A stretch of DNA of 64,000 nucleotides from Neovahlkampfia damariscottae. Lineage: Eukaryota. Below the pieces are notes generated by a model. That model was not told the DNA's origin. It did no database searches and saw only the letters and a program-made list of their open reading frames with translations. The stretch spans positions 62,001-126,000 of the forward strand of contig JABLTG010000036.1 of the NCBI GenBank assembly GCA_016618085.1, read 5' to 3'. Positions within the stretch are counted from its first letter, which is position 1; each line of letters starts with the position of its first letter. Of this stretch, positions 1 to 13,123 are shown piece after piece. Position numbers and translations under genes: made by a program.

Positions 1-2978
1 CAATAACATTTTGAAGAGCTGAAATTAAACCATTTTCTGGGTATTTTTCTAAATGTTTAACAATTGAAACTAATTCTCTTGTGGAATACGGATATGTAAT
101 TTCATTTTCGTCAACTAATTTCCTTAAATCATTGAAACAATCAGTTAATCTTCTTAAAATTGAAACAGAAACATTCGGAGCATATTCTTTTAACATTTTA
201 ATTTCATTTTCTCCTTTTGGATTGTCAACATAATGGGAAGAGAATAAATCACCACATTCTCTGAAGAAATCATTTCCTTGAAAAGGAAAACCAGGTCTAT
301 TCGCCAAAACGATCATTCTAAAATCTGGATGAATTGTAATCACATTAGGATCATTATGTTCATTTTCTCTCATGATTCTTCTATGATCAGAAAGTACCAT
401 TTCTCCATCATCAATTAAAGACTTGATAATAGAGACAACTTCTAATGGAGCTTTATCGCACTCATCTAACATCAGAATTCTTCCATATTGAACTGCTCTT
501 ACTAATGGTGAATCAATGTAGACCAAAACTCCATCTTGAACAGAAGGTTGAACAGTTAAACTGTGAATTGTAATATCTCTGTGTAATTGCATGTATTCTT
601 TCTCTAATTTCAATACAGAGAGAAAATAATCTGTGATTTTGTTCTTTCCAACACCTTGATTTCCAATCAATAAAGAGTTTACACCTAATATATGATCTTT
701 AAATAAAGCTTTCAAAATTCTTGTGTGATCATCAGTATGAACATAAAATGGGTTTGGAACTAAAACATGATTTGTTGGATTTCCTTGTTTGATTTTGATA
801 TCTCCAATTTTTACAAAATCTTGTTCAATTTTAACTTTCAAATTTTCAGGTTTTGTTGGATAAAATCCATATTTATTCAATAAATCTTGAAATCCTTTTT
901 TGTATTCAGTTGGTAAAAATTGAGTCATTGTTGTCCTTTCTAAACATTCAAAAATTGATTCATCTGGAAATCTATTGATTCTCTTTAAAACTCTTAATAA
1001 ATCTCTTGTTGAAATATATTTGAAATGATTTCCACCACTGAATTGAATTTCTTGTGGTTCATCACTTTCTAAAATATTATTATATTCATTCTTTAATTTC
1101 AACATAGTTTTGATTAATTTCAAAGAAACATTTGGAGCTACGTTTGATATTAAATCAATTTCATTTTCCAATGGAAGTGATTCAATAAAATGACAATGGA
1201 ATAACATTAAAACTTCTTTTGAAAACCAAGATGATGTTGATTCGTCAACTGATGGTGGTAATCCAGTTGCTATTAATCTAAAGTTTGAATGAATTGCAAA
1301 AATTTCGTCTTTATCCAAATCATCTTTTGTTCTAATTTTCAATAAATCTTCATAACGATCTTGTGAAATGTATCTTGATCCATCAATTAAAAACAAACAT
1401 CTGTCATGAATTAATGATTGAAGAGAAAGTAAAATATCGCTTCCTAATCGATCAACACCATCAAGAATACAAATTCTTCCATGAACAATTGCATCAATCA
1501 AAGCACTCTTTTGCCAAATTGTATTTCCTTCATTGTCGGTTGTTCTTCTTTTGAACAAGTCTCTTAAAGTCATATCCTTATACATTGGAATATACTCCAC
1601 TTTATAACCAAGTAAAGCAGCAAATTGTCTTAAAATAACGCTCTTTCCACATCCTTTAGAGCCGACTATTAATAAATCTCTCTTTAACCAATGACTTAAA
1701 ATCATGTTGAAAATGAGTGTTTCATGATAATCAAGTTGAACATAATTAAAATATGATTTTGATTTCAATTCACCACCTCCAACAAATATCTCCATCGTGG
1801 AATCTCCAGTTGAAAAAATTAATTTTAATTTTTTATTTTCTGAATTAATTGATTTGATTTTAATGGGATTTTCGAAGTTTTCTGATATGAAACTGTGACA
1901 TTCACTTGAACATTTTTCAACTCCTTTATCCATTGTTTTCATCAAACTATCTTCGTTATCATTGGATAATAAACATCTCACAGGATAAACACATTTAATC
2001 ATGTTTCTCAAAACTTTTTCATTTAAAATTTTACCTAATTTTTCCATTAAACCAACTAAATCAAGTAAATGGTCCAATGGCAGAGGAGGTAAATACTCTT
2101 TGATAATATCATCTGAATAATCAGTAATATGTAAAATAAGTTGTGAAAAAGCCATCAAAGAATTAATGACATCTTTTGGAACATTATAATTTTTCAACTC
2201 ATGAAGCATAATATCAACAGGTTCTAAATCAAATTTTCTTGATTGAAATCTCGAACGAAGAGGTGGGTCAAGTGAATTTCCTTCATATGGTGGAATTGGT
2301 AATCCAATTGCAATAACTCGAAAATCAGGATGAACAGGTACAACTTTTGATGATTTTTTTTGTAACTTTTTATACCTGTTTATATCTATTAATAACCTTC
2401 CATCTTCTAATGACATTTCACGATTTTCTAACAAATTGTTCAAAATTGGAAGAATGTTTCTTTCTGATTTTTCAATTCCATCTAAAATTAAAACTCTTCC
2501 ATGTATGGCTGCCCTTACAGCAGCTTGGTCCACATAAAACGCATTTCTATTTTGAATTTCTCTTCTTTGTTTTAAATCATGTTCTGTGGTGTCACGTGTG
2601 ATGACAACATATTCAATTTCTCTTTTAGTGATCTCACAATACATGAATGTTATTCTTCTTCGATAAGGACCTAAAACCAGAATTAAAAATTTGTTTCTTA
2701 CCAGGATGTCCAATTAAAAACATATCTTGAGACATTGAATCTTTTTGTGAAATCCATTGCAAGTGTTCCATCGTTTCTTTTGAAAATTTCAAATTCTGAA
2801 CAAACAAATTTGGAACAAATTGTGGAAATTTAACATTGTTGTTAATTTTAAATTTGGTATTTCCAATTTGAAATGTATTATATGTTTTTTCATGTGATAG
2901 CACTTTAGGTACCTGTATTTGAGACTTTAATACAGTAATTCTTCTTTTTGATTTTTCATCCTTTGTCAACTCCGACAT
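1..2978 (-). CDS. VWA8: VWA8-like multi-AAA+ ATPase (3' end beyond the window start)
   Basis: ATG 2978, 31-nt GT-AG intron 2701-2671. Spliced protein reads QDMFLIGHPGPYRRR...TRDTTEHDLKQRREI...AAIHGRVLILDGIEKSERNILPILNNLLENREMSLEDG, typical of VWA8, with further Walker A motifs (GSKGCGKS, GNQGVGKN). Confidence 0.9.
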
Positions 2979-3038
2979 GAAAAAAAAAAATGATTGGATG
3001 AAGAAAATTGAACAGAAAAGTTTGTTTTATCAATTTTT

Positions 3039-3656
3039 TTATAATTTAGAAAGTGATTCTTTAAAAAAATCTTTTTTGTTTTTCAAATAAGATGCTGGAA
3101 ATTCTTCTGATGCCACATCTTCATAATATTGTTTAAAACCATCAAGTTGACCTTTTCCTTTCATAACTTGAATAATATATTCAAATATTAAAACATCTAT
3201 GATATTAAGTTTTTCACCAAAAAGAAATTTGTTTTCTCCTTTGATACGAAGAATGTCTTGTTCAAATTTTGAAAATCTTTTTACAGCAGCGTTAACTAAC
3301 TCTGATCGATTTTTTTTCTCTCCAAATCTTGCTTTTACAAAATACTCTCTTGAATCTTCAAGTTCTAAATAACAAGTTAAAGCAATAGCATCATGTTTTG
3401 GATTTTTTGGCCATAGTTTGAATTCTTTAGCTAAATAATGCACAATTGCTGGTGAGCCCGCAAGTTTAAAGTCTCCTTTTTGGAGAATTGGCACTGAACC
3501 AAAAGGAAAATAATTCTTTTGTTTCATTTCAAGAAATTGGTTCAAGTCTATGTGAACATCATTGAATTGAACATCTGCCATTTTGAAGGTTAATCTAATA
3601 CCTTCTGCTCTTCCAGTCAAATTCCAATAAATAAGAGTGTACTTGTCTGTTGTCAT
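3039..3656 (-). CDS. glutathione S-transferase (sigma-like)
   Basis: Intronless; YTLIYWNLTGRAEGIRL and PFGSVPIL motifs; first ATG at 3656. Confidence 0.9.
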   Translation of the reverse strand: MTTDKYTLIYWNLTGRAEGIRLTFKMADVQFNDVHIDLNQFLEMKQKNYFPFGSVPILQKGDFKLAGSPAIVHYLAKEFKLWPKNPKHDAIALTCYLELEDSREYFVKARFGEKKNRSELVNAAVKRFSKFEQDILRIKGENKFLFGEKLNIIDVLIFEYIIQVMKGKGQLDGFKQYYEDVASEEFPASYLKNKKDFFKESLSKL

Positions 3657-3938
3657 CGTCAAAAAAAAAAAAAATGAATGGCCAATGAATATAATTCGAA
3701 AATGAAAATAAAAACATTAAATGTACAAAAAAAAAAGTTTTTCAAGTATCAACTTCTTTTTTCAAAGGGCAAATGGTTATGATTTTGTCCATTTTCGGAA
3801 ACCCACCTGTTCTGGAAAAATGGAACCAGCATTTGTCCGAACTTAATACCTTACTACTTGTGCTTTGGAATTGAAAAAGATTTCTTCCTAAATTTCTTTC
3901 CAATTTAGTCTCAAGTTGTCTCCTATTGGTCAAAACCC

Positions 3939-6900
3939 ATGCAACAAATCTGGACAATGCCACACAAAGGCAAAACAAACGAAACAACTATTCCGCTGAA
4001 CAACAAGAATAATGTTACTTCAAATTACATGTACCAAAAGGAATGGATATCAGAAACTAATATTCATGAAGAGTCAAAAAAAAACACTTCCGAAGAATTT
4101 CCGTCTTCTCACATGATGGAGTCTTTTAAAAAGGATTATCAGTTCGCCAAAATGTTATACCAGAGTTATCCAGACCATTTTGTAAATACTATTGAAATGC
4201 TGGACAAAAAAAACGGAGGAGTTGTGCTTGTTGAAAAAGAAGACGGAGAAGGTTTGGAAGTTTACCTTGAAAAAAAAAACAAATTAGAAATTGAAGAATT
4301 CTTAAAAATAGCCATAGAAATGACGAAATCATTACATTTTGCTCACTCAAAACACATCGTTCACAGAGATGTAAAACTAGCAAATTTTGTCATAAGTTCC
4401 AAAAGTGACTCTGTTAAATTGATTGATTTTGGATTGAGTGTAATGGTTTCAAGGAAATCACCTTCAGTTTCATGTACAAAACCAACAGGTTCTTTTGATT
4501 ATATGAGTCCTGAACAAACAGGAAAAACTTCAAAAAACGTTGACTTTAGAAGTGATATTTATTCTTTGGCTATTTCATTTTATGAACTTTTAACAGGTGA
4601 ACTACCATTCTCAGGAGATTTACTTGCATTAGTTCATGCTCATATTACGAAAAAAATTCCAGAAGTAAAGAATATTCCAAAAGTGTTAAATGACTTGATT
4701 CAAAAAATGTGCTCAAAAAATCCAAATGATAGATACAAATCAACATTAGGGGTACTTAAAGATTTAGAATTTATTCAAAAAAATTTGGATTCAATTCCAG
4801 ATTCTTTTCAAGTTGGGTTACAAGACGTTGAAGAATTTCAAATTCCTAATAAATTATATGGAAGAGAAAAAGAATTAAAATGGTTAAAAGAGGAAATAAT
4901 AGACACAAATAAAAGTCACATGTGCCTAGTATCAGGATTCTCCGGCATGGGAAAAACTCGTTTGGTTGAAGGATTGATAAAAGAGAATGATATTAATTTA
5001 ATTATGAGTTATGGAAAATTTGATCAATTTAATAGATTAACACCTTATTCAGCATTTATAAAGTAAGTTGATAGTTTCTGACAAGTCTTCTCACAGTGCA
5101 ATGAGATCATTGGTTCATAAAGTTGCTTCAGAAAATCCTGAAAAAAAACAATCTATGTGCCGCATGTTGCAACATGATTTAAAAAAAGAACTTGGTGGTG
5201 TTTTATGCTCAGTTGTACCCGAAGTTGAAATATTGATTGGAAAACATGAAATTCCAAAACCAATGGCAACTATTCAAGACACTCAAGAAAGACTTTTCGA
5301 TACTTTTGTCAAATATTTAAATTGTTTTTCAAAATTCAATACATTGGTCCTTGTACTTGATGATTTACAATGGGCGGATGCTGCCTCATTTGAGTTTCTA
5401 GTGAAACTATTGACAATTAAAAAGGATGGAATTTTTATCATTGGAGCCTATAGAGACAATGAAATTGGTGAAAATCACCCATTAACAAGAGTTATAAATG
5501 AAAACAAATCAATTTCCATACTTGAACTTCAACCTTTGAAAATAGAACATTTGAATGAAATGATAGCAGATACTTTCCATACAACAACAAAAAAAACTTT
5601 AAAACTTTGTGAATTGATTCATAAAAAAACTCTTGGAAATCCTTTTTTTTCAAGAGAATTTATCAATGCTTTATATCAAGATCAACTTGTTGTCTACAAA
5701 AACGGAGTTTGGAGTTGGGAAATAGAGAAGGTTGAAAAGATTGATTTCAGCTCAAATGTCATTGAATTTATGATTCTCAATTTAAAAAAGAAACCAAAAA
5801 ATATGCAAAAAGTGTTAAATAGAGCTGCATGTATAGGAAATACATTTAAATTCAAAGAATTACAATTGGTTTGGGATGAAAAATCAGATTTAGAATTCGA
5901 ATTATTTGAAGCGATTAAAGAAGGTTGGATTGAACAAATCAATTCAAGTGAATATAAATTCTATCATGATCGATTACAACAATCAGCATATGAATTATAC
6001 GACAAAGAAGAAGCAAAAAAAATACATTTCGTCATTGGAAATATATTATTAGAAGAATATAAAAAAGAAAATTCTTTAGATTCACACATCTTTGAAGTTG
6101 TCAATCATTTGAACAAATCAAAATCAATAGATTTGGAAAGAAAAGAATTATCAAATTTGAATTTAATGGCTGCAAATAAATCATTAAAAAATAGTGCATT
6201 TTATTCAGCTTTGGAGTTTTCAACTTTCGCTTTAGAATTACTTCCAGAGAATTCATGGGAAATTGAATATGAAATGTCATTAAATACTCATTCAGTTCAT
6301 GCAGACACTTTATATGCAAATTCGATGTTGAAACAATCAGAAGAAGAATATAATATACTTTTGGCTAGAGCATCAGGAAGATATGACAAATTAACAGTTT
6401 ATCAAAATTTTATGAAAATGGCATCACTATCTCATCAATATGATAAAGCATTTGAAATTTTTGTCAATGCAATGAAAATGTTTGATTTAACCAAGGAAAT
6501 TCCATTTGGAGATGAAAAGGCCATGTGGAATTGGATACTGATATTAAAAAAGAAAATTGATATTGAAGTAAAAAAAATTGGAGGACTCAAAAAATTTACA
6601 AATTTGAAATACACAATGGAAAAAGATTGGGTTCTGTTATTAAATGTAATGTTTGAATCACTTGATATTTCATTTCTTGCTCCATCAGCAAGTCGATATG
6701 TTGTTCTTGCAAATTCATTAGTTGCATATTATTTATATCTAACCAGAGGTTTGAATGAGAATGCTGTAATTGGTTTAAGTTTATGTGGAATGTTTTGTTC
6801 ATTTTTTTTTAAAGAAAATGAAGGTCATGAATTAACACTATTAGCAGAACAATTATTTTCTCAAAACAAAAAACCATCATTCAATGTTGTTTCTGCTCAT

Positions 6901-7911
6901 TTTCATATTGGAGTTGGCCATATAACAGGTGGAAGTTTTAAACAAATAAATTATCATATGGAAAGTGGTACAAGATATGCTCAAAATCATGGGGAATATG
7001 TTTTTGGTGGATATACAATTTGGCAATCATTATCAAATTTCATATTCAATGGTGAAAATTTACAAGTACTTTTGGCAAAAATGAAAAAATATCAAGCATG
7101 GTTGAAGAAAATCAAAAATTATATGATGTATGATTATACTGAAACTTTTATTCAATTTGTATTGGATTTATCTGGTGTTTCTGAATGGAACCCTCAATAC
7201 TTGATCCCAAATATTAAAACATTAAAATGTGCAGATACTCTATTTCCAGCAATGGAAGGAATACTAAATTATCATAAAGGTGAATATAATGAAGCATTGA
7301 GATTATTTGAAATTTCTGAACCAGTTATTGAACATGATAAAGCACTCATTGAATATTATGAAATGAAGTTTTATCACTGTTTAACTTTAATACATATTTA
7401 CAAAAAGAGTAAAAATCAAAAACATCTGGAAAGAGCAAAACAATACGTGGAAGAATATCAAGCTTTTGGAAGAATAAGTTCTGAATATTTAGAACCACGT
7501 TATAAGTTAATGGAAGTCTTTTATAGATCAATTGATTCAACTGATATATTTACAATCGCTGATGAAATGGAAGATATCATTGAATCAACAAGAAAAAATG
7601 GTCTGGTTGTGATTGAAGCTGTAACTAATGAAATTTTACTTTCATTTTGTGATGAAAATAATTTCCAAAAAGGTGTTTGTAGAATGTATTTTAATAATTG
7701 TTTTGAAATTTGGAGGGAATTATCTGCAGTGGCCAAAGTTGAACAATTGAAGAAAAAATATTTCAAATATATCTCACTAATTCATTCAAGACGGAAATCA
7801 TCCACTTCATCTATGCCCTCAAGTAGTAATAGCACAATTTCAAATCAATCATTTGGTGAGCCTCACATGGTGGATTTAGAAAATGCATTGCTAAATAACT
7901 TTAATTTCTGA
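3939..7911 (+). CDS. Ser/Thr kinase fused to AAA_16/STAND-type ATPase and helical TPR-like region
   Basis: HRDVKLAN, DFG and YMSPEQTG kinase motifs; Walker A GFSGMGKT; Walker B LVLVLDDLQWAD; GNPFF; FYHDRLQQSAY. The two ORFs are joined by a 34-nt intron 5063-5096. Confidence 0.9.
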
Positions 7912-7944
7912 AATAATGAAAAAATTTATTTTGAAAATTTTGGA

Positions 7945-8012
7945 TTTTTTTTTTCAATTCCCAACACTATTCTTGTTTTTGAATGTTCGTGTTCAGATTT
8001 CATTCAAAAAAA
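7945..8012 (-). promoter_or_regulatory. SECIS element (type II) in 3' UTR of the selenoprotein gene
   Basis: Minus strand: AUGAA (8003-7999), helix atctgaacac/gtgttgggaat, unpaired gAAc, mini-stem attc/gaat, UGAA (7956-7953), flanked by a U-run/A-run lower helix. Confidence 0.8.
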
Positions 8013-8036
8013 TGAAAAATTTTAAAATTAACTTTT

Positions 8037-8690
8037 TCACATTTTTTCAATAAATTTGCTCAAGTCATCAAAATCTTTTTAAATTTTAGTTTAAAAGTAC
8101 AATCATACCTGGATCATTTCCTGCATATTGTTCAAAAAATTGATAAATAACTTTTCCATTTTTGTCAATGATAAACAATCCACCTAATTGGTTCATATCT
8201 CCTTGCACTGCTCCTTGTTTAAATCCTTTTTTCATCACTTGAGATGTTTTACTCATACTACAAAAGAGTTAATATAAGTCAAAAATAATACTTAATTCCT
8301 GCTAAGGCTTGTAAGAGATTTGGTTTTTTGCATTGAAAATATTTGTACACTGATAATTTTTCATCCAAATATAAAGTAACTCTTGAATCTTTTGGAATGA
8401 ATTCTTTTTCAAATGCTTTTGCCATTTTTGGTGTACCACTTGAGCAAAGTACTAATTCACATTTATCTTGTAATTTTGGTATAAAATTTATACATTCGAC
8501 AGCCAAGTGTCGACAAAACATTCACCTAAAAACTTGATTAATCAATGAAAAATTTTACCTTTAAAAGTTAGGTTAATTATTTTTTTTACCCAAAATGTCT
8601 CAGTAATACAAAACAAACTGGTTTCTCTTTGAAAATATCTGTAAATGACACAAACTCTCCTTCAATGTTTTTTACTTTCAGGTCTTCCAT
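8037..8690 (-). CDS. AhpC/TSA_2 (peroxiredoxin-like 2 / SelU-SelL-like) selenoprotein, 173 aa, UxxC motif
   Basis: Exons 8690-8590, 8525-8292, 8257-8109, 8074-8037 give ...VLLRHFG-TGA-MFCRHLA...QGDMNQLGGLFIIDKNGKV...; in-frame TGA 8524-8522 is at the first Cys position of CxxC; SECIS downstream. Confidence 0.88.
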
Positions 8691-8806
8691 TTGTGAGTAA
8701 AGAAATGTGAGAACGATATTATTGGTTGATTTATATAAAATTTAAATCTCCGAGGAAAAATAAAAAGTTTGATTCTTTTATTCCGAAAACATTAATATCT
8801 CCGAAA

Positions 8807-11010
8807 TTATTGTTTCATTCTTTCTATGACTTTTGTCACTACAGATTCATATTTCAAAATTTTTAAATTCTTTGACATCAAACCATTGCATTCATACAAA
8901 TAATCACGATTCTTTTCTAAAATGGGAGTTATGTCTTCAAAACATGATACTTTTAAATTCTTTTTCTTAATCTTCTTTTGAATAAATTCTCCTTTTTCCT
9001 TTGCTGATTTCTTAGCAATTTCCTGATTGATTCCACTAGCAAAAGCGACTGGTTTTCCAAAGAAATTCAAAGAAACTACAATTGTTGGAGTACCACTTTC
9101 TGATCGAGCAATTACTTCAAATTCCAAATTTTGATTCTTTTTCTTTATTATGATTCGACGATGTTCAATAGTGAAATCATCTTTTGATTTTATATCTTTT
9201 GAAAATGAATTCAAAAGTGAAATTAAAAAATCATTTTTCAAATGTAAAAAATTATCATTCTTATTTCTAAATCCATTTTGTTCCAAAAACATTGCTCCAA
9301 TTACAGGTGCAATTTGTGATTTTTTTGAAACATAATCACCCTCCTGTGCTCTGATATAGTCTTTAAAATTATATGGAAATAATTCAATGTAAGATTTTTC
9401 CATGAATGTTGATTGAATCTTTGTTAAAATTCTGGAAAAAATTAACAAAAATCTAGAGTGATCTCTTACGCTCCATGAAATTGTGGATACTTTTTATAAA
9501 GATATTCAACAACTATCGTTTTCATTACAATATCTCCCAAAGAATATAATCTATCTGATGTAAAATCTAGAAGAAAATTAATCATATTTGATTTTACTAT
9601 ATTCTTCATTTTTCAATGAAATGTCATGTGTCAAAGATTCTAAAGCTAAAAACTTGTTTTGAAACACATATTTGATATCTCTTTCTAACTTGCTGATTTT
9701 TTTGAATTCCAGTTTCTTCACATTTTCATCAATGTTTTTTATGATTTCTGGATCTTTGTAAGATTGAACTGTTTGGTCATTTTTTGAATATTTTTCAATC
9801 ATTTCATCAGCAATAATAAAGTAATTGTTTAAAATAAACTCCTCTGTTTTGTCATATCCTTGGTCCAAATATAATCCACCAATCAAAGCTTCAACACAAT
9901 CAGAGTAATCTTTATCATCTTTTTTTTTATTAAAAACTATGAAATCTGAAATTCCAGTTGAATTTGCAAAATGATATAAAGTTTCATTTGATGACACTTT
10001 GAATGATTTAATTGATTTTTTTCTTACTCAACTCGTAAAGTGAAACCAAAGCTGTCTGAGTGATATTTGGAAGTTTTTCATAAAGGAGTTGAAATATTAT
10101 TATACCAAGAATTGCATCCCCTAAATATTCCAATTTTTCATTTTTCCATTTGTTTAGACTATTGTTGTGTTAAAAATTATTTCAATGATAACCTTTGATC
10201 TAATAATTCATTATTGTTGAATTTAAAATTGAGCTTCTTTTTTAATTGATAATATTTTTCATTTTTGTCGGTTTTAATAATTGATATTTCATTCTTTTCT
10301 TCTTCTCTTTCATCCTCTTCTTCATTGTCAACATTCTCATTTGAAAGATTGTCTAAAATTTGGATAAATTCAGCTGAGTTTTTGAATTGAGTTAAATTAC
10401 TTTTATCAAATGATTTCAGCTGACAAAATTCTGGTAGTAACCAATATTCCATTGTGTGTTTTTTTGCAACAATGAAAGGTTGATCTCTGACTGTTATTTT
10501 CATCTTAAAATTTGAATACTGATCCTTTACAACATTTTTTTCTGTTGTTGATAATGATGCTTTGTGAACAAATCGATCAATGGTATAAATTTGTTTTGGA
10601 GTTTTTTCATAAGAAATATTAATTTCTGAATCCTTATATTTTTTTGTAAGATCTTGAATCGATAATTCTTTGGTTAATGGTAGAATATCTATATTTTTTT
10701 CTTCAATTTGTTTGCTAATTTTCCGCAACAATTCATCAAAAGAAGTCGGACCATCTAAATGTAATTTTTTTGAGGTTTCATTGATTAAAATGAATGTATT
10801 TGATTCATAATTATTATTTAATTTTCTAATAATTTGTACATCATCATTATTTAAGTTCTAATTTTTTAATGTGAAAACTCAATATTTTTTTCTTACCACT
10901 TGTCCAATTTTCTTGATGTGAAATTCATTTTTTTTATTCTCAAAGGAATTATCAGATAAAATAACAACTCTTTGTTTTTCAATTTTTGCATCAAAACAGA
11001 AAAGTATCAT
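8807..11010 (-). CDS. minimal Dicer-like RNase III (PAZ-like + two RNase III domains + dsRBD-like), no helicase
   Basis: After removing five short introns: PAZ-like DQPFIVAK...YWLLPEFCQL; RNase IIIa NEKLEYLGDA...DCVEALIGGLYLD; RNase IIIb SLTH...DRLYSLGD...PVIGAMFLE; dsRBD-like ASGINQEIAKKSA. Confidence 0.8.
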
Positions 11011-11073
11011 TTTTTTAATGGACACAATCAACCAATAAAACACAACAAAAATTAAAAACAAGAATTGAATTAT

Positions 11074-13123
11074 TTAATAAACTGGTTGTATTCCAATTAA
11101 TTTCAAAAGTGCAATGACAATTCCCATAATTCCTTCTCCAGCAACCATTCCTGATGCTACTGTAAAATAAAAAAATTCTGCATGTTTTGGTGCAACTTTC
11201 TTCCAAATCAATAATCCAGCTGCTCCAATAAACATTGCAAGTGATTGTTTAGGCGGAACAATAAAACCAATTCCAATTGCAAGTGCATTTGGAATAAAGG
11301 AAGCAACATCTTTTCTCCAAAATCCAAGCACTTTAAAAGCAGCAGCAAGAACAATTCCAAAGATAGCTCCACCTAACATACCCCATGGAGAGTGTAAAGG
11401 AAGGTTTGAAACTCCTTCAGATAAAATTTCAGCAACAGCTTTCCAAGCATGTGCAGCAGGAGCAGGCATTTCGTCACCACCAATTTCATAAGCAGTATCA
11501 AATAATTTATAAATAGGAACACAAACTAAGATTCCAAAGATAACTCCAATACATTGAGCAATATACTGTTTTCTTGGTTTAACTTTTAGAAGATGACCTG
11601 TTTTAAGATCAGCCATTAAATCACCACACTGAGATGCCCCAGCAGCAACAATACCTGCTGACAATAAATTTGTTGTTATTTGATGAGGAGCAATTCCAGC
11701 ATACACCAATTGAGTTATTTTACCCATTCCTCCAACTGGATTAATATCGATTTCTCCAACACATCTGACAGCAATTATACTTAACAAAGCAGATAAAGGA
11801 ACAGCAAGCAATACAAAGTAAAATTTGATATCAAAAATAAAATGACCAACAAAGCAAAGAAGTATTGTCGAAAATATAAGACCAACAATCCACCAAAGTG
11901 CTGGAATACTTCCATCATCCTCTTCTTCTGGATTTTCTTTAAATATTGACCATCCTTCTTTTGTCAATTTTCTGATGAATTCAATTCCACTTTCAATGAT
12001 ACTTTTTCCTCCCATGATGATTGTTTTAGCAGAAAATATTAAAGTCATTAATGAATCTGCTGTCATTACTGCTACACCTACCCATAAAATCCAACCTCTA
12101 ACTCCGTCAAATTTCATTATGGCTCCTGTAACCCAATGATTGTATTGTACAATTGGTCCTAAAATGGCCCATCCAATAATAGCTCCTGTTAAAATTTTGA
12201 TAAATAAAACAACTCATACCAAGTATAAGTGAAAAACTTGCGCGAAATCCGGTCAACATTCCTCCTCCAATCAATAAAGGATTCAAATACAGTACCCAAC
12301 CCCATTTCACAAGAACTGTTGGCATTGGAGGTTTTTCTAAGAATGGAATAAAATATGATGCAAGAGCATAAAGAGCAGAACCGCCACCAAAAATAAATAG
12401 TGCTGTTGATTTTTTGATTGTATCTTCTCCATCAGAAAACATTGCTTTAATAGTTTCTGCGGTGACAGTACCTGATGGAAAAGCCAATTTATCAACTTCA
12501 ATCATTTGGCGTCTCATTGGTACTGCGAAATAGACTCCAAAATAACCAACAGAAAATGCCCACAACATCAACTGCCAGACATTGTATGTATGACCAAGCA
12601 TCTTTAATGCAGGAATGCTTGAAATTAAACCACCAGCAGAGGCTATGTGACCAACTGCGGCAGCTGTTGTAGTTGTTATTACAGCTTCTTCTTTTGAAAA
12701 TGGAAGAGCAGGTCGGATAATTTTAAACATGCCAAAAGAAGCGATAGCAGCAAAAATACAACCACCTTGTGTCCAACCAGTTTTTAAACCAAAATTTACA
12801 TTCATTGTTGCAACTAAAATTCCTATTAAAATACCTTTGAAATTTTCATTTAGTTCTTCTTGAAATTGGAATACCTGAAATAATTGCACGAGGAGTAAGC
12901 GCTTCGTCTGTCCATATAAAACCAAAAACGTCCGTGACACCTTCCTTGATTTTAGTTCCTGTTGTTTTTTCTTCTTTAGTTTCCATGTTTTCTGTATCAA
13001 TAATTCTATATCCGTCATCTCTCTCTTCATCGAATGTTCCTTGTGGTTCAACGTCAACTTCATCAACTAAGAAAAAACAGTTAGTGAACAATTTTTGTTT
13101 GTTTTACTCTTCAGCTCAGACAT
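11074..13123 (-). CDS. OPT-family oligopeptide/YSL-like transporter
   Basis: LTPRAI, FGLKTGW, LAFPSGTVTAETI, DLMADLKTGHLL and PAPAAHAWKAVA motifs; many TM helices; three short introns; ATG 13123. Confidence 0.92.

Noticed and set aside
3789..3823. Hairpin ccattttcggaa...ttctggaaaaatgg in the GST-kinase spacer
   Set aside because: Short, bulged and AT-rich, with no recognisable ncRNA boxes; insufficient support.
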